DNA of 64,000 bases from positions 4,898,001-4,962,000 of the forward strand of contig CM035354.1 of NCBI GenBank assembly GCA_020137815.1. Reading direction: 5' to 3'. The position numbers and the translations under genes were made by a program. The notes below the pieces were generated by a model. It had not been told where the DNA came from. It made no database searches and was given only the letters and a program-made list of their open reading frames with translations. Shown one piece after another: positions 32,054 through 64,000 of this stretch (the stretch's first letter is position 1; each line of letters begins with the position of its first letter). This stretch comes from Hormiphora californensis. Taxonomy: Eukaryota; Animalia; Ctenophora.

Positions 32054-33034
32054 TTTTCCCTTTGGGTTTTTTTTTTTTTATTTTTTATTTTTATTTTGTT
32101 TTTTTTTTAAATTTTTTTTTAAGGAAATTGAACCCCAGGGCAAACCCCAGAACAGTTTGGGGTAGCCTTAAATAAAACGGGGAAGGGAAGAATTTAAAAC
32201 AAGAGGAGGGTAGGGGGGAAAAAATTTTCCAATCTCTTTTAATTTTTACTTCCTTCTTTGGCGTGTAAAGGGAGCTTGGAGTGTGGGGCTGAGAGGGAGG
32301 GACCTTGGATTCCTGTTTAAATTTAAAAAAACCATTATCTGCCTATGCCTCTTTACTAGCAGTCTCTCTCTATCTATCTCTCCTCTCTCCCTCCCTCTCT
32401 CCTTCTCTGCCCCTTCGTGGGGCCCAGCTTGTAACCAAGCAGTACAATAGGATCATATGCACCCCGCTCAAGCAAATTTTGTCTGTTTATGAATTCATGA
32501 ATCGGCAGCATCTTGTGCTATCCCCCCTCCTAGCTGGCCCTTTCGGGATGTAAACGGGTCTACAATTTCAATGTAATATCTTTGCTCATTTTTCCAATCC
32601 CTTTTTCCCGGGCATTTGGCAGAAATAAAGACGGAAACCCCAGAAAGAACATCTGCTTCGTAGACCGTAAAGGTATCAGGAGGGTGCGACACATCAGGAG
32701 TTTCTAAATGAAGCCATGGCTTCTGATGTTCTATAGTGGTGGTACCTGCATTGGTGATGAAGCTGTTTTTTGGTGCGTCAAATTGTGTCCTACACCACTA
32801 TGCAATAGTGAATTGAATAAATAGGCATTTCTTGTCAGGCACTGACTGTGACGGCCTCACGTAGCCTGCACCGGGCCTTCGTCACGGTGTGGAGAGGACA
32901 GTCTTAATATGAGACAAGACATTCCACTAACGAGCAGAAGTTTTACATATATGTCGCGTAGCTTCTAAATGTAGATCAAGAAAATTTCTACCCGATCTCA
33001 TGAGTCATACTGCAGTAAGCTTCCTTACTCTGTA

Positions 33035-33081
<47 letters not shown>

Positions 33082-34308
33082 CACACTCTCTCTCTCTCTC
33101 TCTCTTCCTCTCTCTCTCTCTCTCTCGCTCTCTCTCATCTCTCCTCTCCTTCTCTCTTCTCCTCTCTCTCTCCGTCTCCTCTCTCTCCTCTCTCTCTCCT
33201 CTCGCATTCTCCTCTCTCATCTCCCTTTCTCTCTCTTCTCTCTCTCCCTTCTCCCGCTCTCTCCTCCTTCGTGCTCTCGTCCCGTTGCGGGGGGGTCTTT
33301 CTGGGTGGGGGCCCTTTCTCACCTCTTCGTGTAGCTGGTCCGTCTCTCCCTGTTCTTCTCCTCGTCTTCTCTTTTTTCTCTGTCCGTGGATCTGTTGCTT
33401 CGTCTGGTTCTTCGTTCGCGGTCCGTCTCTCTTCGTCCTTCCATGCTGTCCTTCGGGGTCCTCGGCTCTCGTTCTTCTCTCGTCTCTCTTCCTTTGTACG
33501 ATCGCTGCCTTCTTCTCTCTCGCTTTCTCTACTTCTTCCTCTCGTCGGGTCTCCCGTCGTCTCTCACTCTCTCCCACGCACCTTCTTTATAGATCAACTG
33601 TACTATAACATGACTAGCTATTAGCTACAGACTGTTTGCTGCAAAAAAGTTCACACACACATATAACGATGCCTCAATATGGTACAATGATATTATACAT
33701 GTTGCCCCCTCCAAAAGATTCTCTTGGCACCATGATCATTCATGTAACCATATGATAATGTGTCCTCTGGATCGTGAAAATGACTTATGTTAGTTGTTTT
33801 CTTTCATTTAATTCATCTTTGTTTTTAATTGTACCCGATTTCTAGGGAGTTCATACTGCAGTAAGCTTCCTCCCTCTGTTTTTCTCTCTCTCGGTCCACT
33901 AACCACCCCCCCACGGGGGGCCCGTGGGGCCCCCAGCGAGAGCAGGGTTAAATCCCCGGGACCGGATCCTTTTGGATCTGGGGGGCCCGGGGGCCTGGGG
34001 AGAAAAAGGGGGTGGGTTTAAACAATTACATACGGGTAAATTTAACAATGTACATATGGGAAGAAAAGGGGATGATATTAAAAGGGGGGAAGTAAAGTGG
34101 GTTTTAAAAGCTCATGGTGACGGAGCACAAGACCTCCAAAACTTTGCAAAAGAAGCCCAATCGACAATGAATTCTAAGAAGACCAACTTACAGGAATGAA
34201 AAAGAAACCGTCAAATCAAAGGGCACCCCTAAAACAAGCAGGAACGGGTTCGAGCGAAAAAAAAAAAAAAAATTAATAAAAATGGATGAGATTCAGGGTC
34301 GAGCCAGA

Positions 34309-34354
<46 letters not shown>

Positions 34355-35341
34355 TCTCTCACTCTCTCCCACGCACCTCTTTAGAGATCAACATGTGACT
34401 ATAATGACTAGCTAGTAGCTACTAGACATGTTTGCTGCAAAAAGTTCACACATATAAGAGGCATCATATGTGGTATGATATATGATCATGGTGCCAAGAG
34501 TTACTCTTGGCACCATGATCATATCATGTACCATATGATAATGTGGTCCTCTGGAGTCGTGAAATGACTTATGTTAGTTGTTTTCTTTCATTTAATTCAT
34601 CTTTGTTTTTAATTGTTTTCTCTTTTTGTTTGTCTTGCATGGATCTCTAAGCAGCACAACGTGATATTATTCTGTGTTGTCTGGTGTGTGTTTATGTTAA
34701 GCCCCAAACAATGCACACACCATCACCACATAGAACTAGCGGCACGGTTTAGTTGCCATCGATTGCTTGTTGGTAGCTAATTACACACACTGTTAGATAC
34801 TTTTACTGTCTTCTAGTTCGATATTTTTACTATTTTTGGCTTTATTGATTGATCGAAAACCCCGATATAGACACCAGAAAAATGCGAAGAAGTTCTTCTT
34901 ACTGAACACGTTTAAGTTTTAATCTGATCAAGATGAACAAATAAATAAAATATACTCACGATATGTTTTGAATTTTGGCAGTGGTTTCAAAACATCGCGG
35001 ACTCAATAGCTTCCATCGCTTCCATCAGTTTGTAGTGACATATTAAGCTGGACAAATTGAGTGGGGTTACATTACTTAGCTCTACCATCTGAAGTTTCTA
35101 TTTTTCTAACGGATCGAGGTCCGCCGCTGAATAAACATAATACCCCTTCCTATCATGTCTCGGACGTTCGATTGAGAAGAGTGACTTGCTCAGCTCTCTG
35201 TTTCTCTGCTTCTTTTCACATCCCAATATTTTCTAATTCTGGGTATATCGTTTGAAGATGTCTTCAGCAGTGTGTGTGAGGCATTTGATGCTCTCCCTCC
35301 AGTCTCCACACACTCTTTCATTATTGCTCTCCCTAAACGAT

Positions 35342-35427
<86 letters not shown>

Positions 35428-35617
35428 CTCTCATTCTTGCTCTCCATTGAGTCCACGTAGCTCTTTCTCTCGTTGAGTTGATCCATGGGTAAAGAGAGAC
35501 ATTATATGGACACAAAAATAGCACACCAGGCGTACATAGTCTAACACTTAGATACATGCTGCAGCTCTTCTCATTCTTTTCTCTCTATCTCTCTCTATCC
35601 CCCTCTCTCTCTCCCTT

Positions 35618-35649
<32 letters not shown>

Positions 35650-35652
35650 CCC

Positions 35653-35700
<48 letters not shown>

Positions 35701-36363
35701 CTCTATATCTCTGCATCTCCGTGCCCGTTTATCAGCCCGTGTTGCAGAGGTGCACGTGCCCGAATTGGAGAAAGGGGAACTTGTACTTCTGGATAGACGA
35801 TAGATATGGAGAGATGATAGTTCTAATAATACCAAGAGAAATAGATGGCAGCATAATCGAGACAAAGAATGTGAGCTGGGTCATTCAGTTCATTTTGTCA
35901 AATCTCTCAAGTGGATATGTTTCTATGCGAGCTGGAGATCTATGCTCTTGTTGTTTAAAACACCTATCCAATGGAACGCTGCACTAGTTTGTCAGTATCA
36001 TATGCGCTTTGTGATTCCCCTCCCAAAGTCCCTTAAGTTCGTTATCCTCTTTCAAAAGACAAATTATGTTTTCCCTTGCCCACCTTCTCAGGGCATTGGC
36101 CTGAGTCCTGGCCCTATTTTCATTTCTTTCAAATCGTAGGAGAACAGTACGGTCACTGGTCATTTTTTACCCGAAAGTAGAAACGCGAGAACTTACGACC
36201 GATGTAAGACCTTGATGGGAGCATGGTAGAGCGATGTAAAATTGGATGTAATCTGTCAAAATTTTGGCGTGCTATAGCTTTATTAATGCGTTCTGCCTAT
36301 TTTTTATTTCCCATCAGATCATTCACCGTGCCATCCCTTTCTCTCCCTCTCTCACTATCTCTC

Positions 36364-36408
<45 letters not shown>

Positions 36409-36472
36409 ATACTCTATCTCTCTCCTCTCTCATCTCTATCTCTCTCTCTCTCTCTCGTATCTCGATTCTCTC

Positions 36473-36503
<31 letters not shown>

Positions 36504-37092
36504 TCTCGGACTCAGCATCGGTCGTCATGCCCTCATCCCTCTGGGTCTCTCACTGTCATCCCCTTTACCCCGACGATCCTTTCCTTCCACATACTGAACG
36601 CTTCTTCTCACTTCTTATTTCTACAACTTGTGTGCCATTTGAGTGAGAAAGGACAGGAACAAGAGAGAGGGAGAAGGAGAGTGGACGACGTGGAGAAGGA
36701 GAAGAGAGAGAGAGAGAGAGACATGCTTGTGAGGGATGAGGAGCGAGAGAGAGATGGCGGTGGGATGGGATAGGATAGAAAGAAAAGGAGAGTTAGAAAG
36801 GAGAGGAGGAGAGAAGGAGAGAAGATGAGGGAAGAGAGATCATATCAAGGAAAGAGTCGGAAGGGAGGGGGGGTCTCCGCAATATATTGATTGCTCTGTA
36901 TGGACGACGTTATACGGTGCGTTGTTCACATTTCTCAAGTATGCTTACAATGAGAGAGAGAGAGAGAGAAAGAAAAGAAGAGAGAGGAGAGAGAAGAATC
37001 CGAGCAGGAGAGAGAGGGAGCAGAGATTCTGAGAGATGTGGAGAAGAGAGAGGCGAGACGAGAGCAGAGAGAGAAGAGAAGAGAGAAGAGAG

Positions 37093-37156
<64 letters not shown>

Positions 37157-37779
37157 GAGAGGCGAGAGAGAGGGAGAGAGAGGGAAGAGAGAGAGAGCAT
37201 TAAGTTATGTCAAGTTCCAGATAGCGAGCAATTTGCTTGCATTATAGGTTTCGTATCCAAACAAACTCGTCGAGTGAATTGACCCCCGCCTTTGAGAGCT
37301 TCTGTACACTTCATCCTTGTCAAAGAGAATCCCAATCTTTTTTGATTAATTTCTTCAGTTTTTTAATTCGTCCAACTCAATTCTGCGAAACTGCGAATCT
37401 TATTCATATGGTACTACACTTTGTTTTTGCATCTCCACTTGAAACAAAATATATCTAGCCATCTGCCACGCGTGGATAAGATATCTTAACCATAACTAGG
37501 CCCTGATGAATACCACTATATTTCTTCTCTACTTTTCTACACCCTATTATATATCCTCTCTCTCCCTGGATCTCTGCTCTTTGCTCGTCATTGTGTGTGT
37601 GTGGGTCATAATGATTATATAGCTCGCCCCCTTTCTCTGTCAGAGTTTACCCAGTGTACAATAGAGCGGCATAGCTTTTTGTCAAAACTACTCCTGCTGA
37701 GATGTCAGAGCTCTAGATGAGCTCTTTGTTTATTTCACAACTGTCCTCTCGGTCTCACTATATCACTCTTTAGTCTTTA

Positions 37780-37819
<40 letters not shown>

Positions 37820-37871
37820 ATCTATCTCTCTTCTCTTCTCTCTCTCCATCTCTGCGTTATCTCTATCTTTT

Positions 37872-37920
<49 letters not shown>

Positions 37921-38620
37921 CAGTACACCCTTATCATCCTCCCCTGTGATCGATAGTTATCTCCTCTTGTACAAAATTAGACATAATTACCGGTGAGCGA
38001 TCTAAGCTCCTAGAAGGGTGTTCTACTATATGATCGTGTTATAGAAGCATGCGGCCATTATCTAACAGTGTGTGATGCAGCACACAGCTGGTTTTACACC
38101 TTTCTCTCCGCATCAGTCGTAACTATGAAGTGGCCGTTTATTGTGTTATGAAGTAGCTTGAACTCGCTGATGTAGTCGTCACACTGCTGCACCGAATAAA
38201 ACGTTTTTCTGAATTTTGAATTCTGAGTTGTGATACGGGGATAGGTAACACATTCTGTGAAGTTCTCTGTGAAGTTCTCATAATAAAGGTCATTATAATA
38301 GTTAGGCAGAATTCTTCAAGTATTGCAGCTTTCTCGTGGAACTTAGTGGCCGACAAAATCTCTCCGGCCTCTTCGGCGATGTTAAATGGTTATATTCAAT
38401 GCCTAGTTATCGAGTCTGCGACGTGTATATGGCGTGATTCTGCAATGCCTAGTGTGCCTGAATACAATTCCTCTAAGTAGTGGCCTGAGTAAAGAATATG
38501 TTGTTCTCTACTCAGACTACGACTTATAGGATCTACCTACTGTAAGGATCAGTAGATTGTTTGCCGCATATATTCAATGAGGGATTTCGTCTTTTCATTT
38601 TGGCTGGACAAGATTAAAAG

Positions 38621-38850
38621 GATTGCCTAGCTCGACCCCCTTTTCGCGAGGGTTAGAACATAACATTAAAAGGAGGCTTGAATCCCGTGACCATGACGGG
38701 TGTTGAATTGGTGATACAAAGGGCGGTCACCCTTTTTCAGCTATTGAATGGGGTCGCCGAACAAACCAATTTATACCGACCCCGGGTCGGTATAAATTGG
38801 TTTGTTCAAACTCTTTATTTAGGGAAGGAGGGTCGAACAAGGCAAGGTAT
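38621..38850. mobile_element. Short hairpin-rich interspersed element with terminal inverted motif
   Basis: Ends are TTGCCTAGCTCGACCC ... GGGTCGAACAAGGCAA, with a perfect 23-bp stem at 38759-38807. The end motif recurs at 1319, 13724, 40084 and 45207. Confidence 0.55.
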
Positions 38851-39110
38851 AAACATGACTCTTCTAGATAGCTGACGAGCCTTTCAGTATAGTGCCGTTC
38901 GAGTGTATGTGAGAGAGAGATCCCTCGCTCAAGTCATGTTTATTCAAGCTATATAACCTTGTTTCTCAGGGCCTAATACGTTTACCTAGATTCCTCATTT
39001 CTCTCTTTTTCCATATTATGAGCCAAGCTATTTCTTTTCGCTCCCAATCTCGGTATCTCCCCGCCCCATATATGACTATCTATCTCTCTCCCCTCTCTTC
39101 CCCCTCTCTG

Positions 39111-39153
<43 letters not shown>

Positions 39154-39178
39154 CTCTCTCTCTCTCTCTCTCTCTCTT

Positions 39179-39230
<52 letters not shown>

Positions 39231-39282
39231 TTCTCTCTTTCTTTTCTCTCTCTCCTCTCTCTCTCTCTCTCTCTTCTCTCTT

Positions 39283-39315
<33 letters not shown>

Positions 39316-41405
39316 TCTCTCTCTCCCTTCTCTATTTTTCTCTCTGCATTCCCCCTTCCTACGCGGACCTAAGATAAACAATGATTTTATGCACGTCTCT
39401 CTCGCGTTTGCCCTTCCCCAAGGTAGCACTTAACATATCGGTAGGTCTCCTGTTTTACCCATGAATTCCCCAGTACACACGGCGCCCCTTCTCCGCTAAG
39501 GTCCTTATCTTTATCCTTACTAGAGCGCCAGGTTGTCCAAATTGTTGATTGGTTTCGGTTTTGAAGTCTCTGTAGAGTCCCTTTCTGTAAAGTCCCTTTC
39601 ACTTTGATGACAGCTCTATTGAAACCCTCCTTTTGAATCTCCCTGTGTAGCTGGACACAGCAATCAGCAATGCTGATTCAGGATATAGGTACTCTAAAAC
39701 TATCTTGAATCTTGAACCTACTCTTAGATACTCTCTTGAATCTTGAAACTAATCTGCAGCTATTATAGCCATGTGCAGTGTCTAATTTTAAGAAAACGGC
39801 TGTGGTTAAAGGTTGAATTGTTTGTCTTGTTGATGACGGCTGTTGTATTATACCGTACATCAGTCAGGCAAAATGAGAGAGGAGCGTGAGGGGTGAGCGA
39901 TTTAGTGGATTTTTTTTTAGAGAGATAGATAGAGAGATAGATAGAGTGGTTTTTAATTCTGACAAAGTTTTGATCTAAGCAGCCGCTTATAGACGATGTA
40001 TTTTCTATGAACACGCCTACACAACTGGCATTGTACCATGAACAAAGCTAGTATTTACCATAGCTGATATCCTCCTGGCTTAAGCCTTGTTCGACCCTCT
40101 CTCTCGCCCCACAAACAGTGCTAACATTTGTCACTGGGGCCAGGGTTGGAAGTTGGAAAATAACAAATCCTGGCCCCATAACTACTGCAAACTACCTTCC
40201 CGATCATAGATATATCTGTATCAATATTCTAGCTTTTCCCACTCATTTCTAGCTCTATTACTACTATATCAGATGTTAAAATCGCTAAGGCTTTAGAGCT
40301 GTTAACTGAAGGAAATTTTATTGTGGAGTCACTGAGAGGATAGAGGGGTAGAGGCAAGGATTGGTAAAAGGAAGGCAAGAGCGCTCTACTAACGAAGAGA
40401 GGAGAGAGAGAGAGAGAGAGAGCGAGGAGAAAGAGAGAGCGGAGAGAGAGAAGAGAGAAGCGAGAGGGAGAGAGTAGAGAGGAGCGAGAGAAAGAGACAA
40501 GTAGCGGCTCAACTCCCGCTTTTATCTCTCTCTCTCTCTCTCTCTCTCTCGCTCTCACTCTTGTCAGGTCTCTTTTGTCCCTAGAACTCCGTTCCTCACT
40601 ATCTCTCTCAACGTTTCATTTTACCCAGTCACCGCAATACAGCTGCTGACTTGAGGTGCTCTAGCTGCTGCGTTTTCTCTTTACAAGGCCGTTTGGTTCG
40701 TGTAACAAGCAATTGAGGTCGCTGAGAATTTCCCAGGTTTTCTCCAGCTACAGCTCCATGTATTTGTTTGTTTAGTACAATGCTTAGTGTGCAAAGTGAA
40801 ATCTTAGTAGAGACAGATCAGCTGGATATAGAGACCCGAATTAGAAGTAGAAAGAGTTGAAACGGGGCCCCGATAGGGACCGGGAAAAAAGGCTGGAAAG
40901 GAAGCCCCAAAACGGGGCGCAAAATGGGGGGCCACGGCCCCAAGTGAGGAAAAGGCAAGAAAAAGGGGAAGATCACCGAAAAAAAGAGGAGAACAGTGAG
41001 AGGGGTTTTTCCCGGCCAATAGGTGAGTTAAGAGCAGCCGGCCCATAAAAAAGAGGTAAAAACTGTTTACTATATCAAGGGGGGAGGCAGCTGTCACGGT
41101 GGCTTGTCAAATCCTTCATTAATCAACCATCCTATCAGTTTAATCCCCCTGATCCTCCCCCCCCCATTTGCTCTAGCTAGATTAGTTGCACTGCGGGATT
41201 GGGCTTCCTTTCTCATTTCTTCTTCTTGTCAAGCTCTCTCAGGTTCATGCTCCTATATCGCGGTATCATTATCCTAATATTTCTATCTGATATTGTTGTC
41301 TGACAGAAACTCTCAATATATAATCTCTGTTCTTCTTTTAGTCTATGATATAGAGCTGGTTGAGTGACACCGATAGAAGAGGAGAATCGTTAGAAGCTAG
41401 TCAAG

Positions 41406-63990
<22,585 letters not shown>

Positions 63991-64000
63991 GTAAGTTATC

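Noticed and set aside
33003-34615. Tandem duplication (33560-33830 vs 34360-34615; CATACTGCAGTAAGCTTCC at 33007 and 33852)
   Set aside because: The copies differ mainly by scattered 1-nt indels and are separated by low-quality sequence. Most likely unmerged reads of one locus.
35700-35990. Exon-like GC-richer stretch after a CT run (similar at 27640-27900 and 38150-38560)
   Set aside because: There is no consistent open frame or splice chain. Probably decayed TE fragments that I cannot classify.

Overview
This is eukaryotic (animal) genomic DNA with GT-AG spliceosomal introns, (CT)n/(GA)n microsatellites, intronic minisatellites, foldback MITEs and LINE remnants. It is not prokaryotic and contains no CRISPR array. 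Compact introns, nested intronic genes and unpaired splice acceptors just before start codons would fit a ctenophore-like marine invertebrate, but that is inference only. 1.7-21.7 kb holds five co-oriented + strand genes: PAF1, a C3orf20/FAM194-domain gene, an unassigned coiled-coil gene, MRPL10-like, and a Tim44-domain MRPL45-like gene. The last carries a CYP46A1-like P450 nested antisense in intron 2. 22-41 kb is repeat-rich and partly low-quality assembly (34-bp satellite, N gap, homopolymer-rich read ends, CRE-type retroelement fragment). From 41.4 kb to past the window end runs a large signal-peptide protein gene with one trefoil domain and about 8 Sushi/CCP-like modules. A TTC39 gene is nested antisense in one of its introns. 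The best leads are: an operon-like MRPL10-MRPL45 pair with only 151 nt between them; duplicated alternative terminal exons in TTC39, the long one ending in a caldesmon-like GVKNLISMWE motif; a phase-incompatible exon pair in the Sushi gene; and RFX X-box palindromes fused to TTC39 splice sites. All gene models were built by eye, so exon borders may be off by a few bases.
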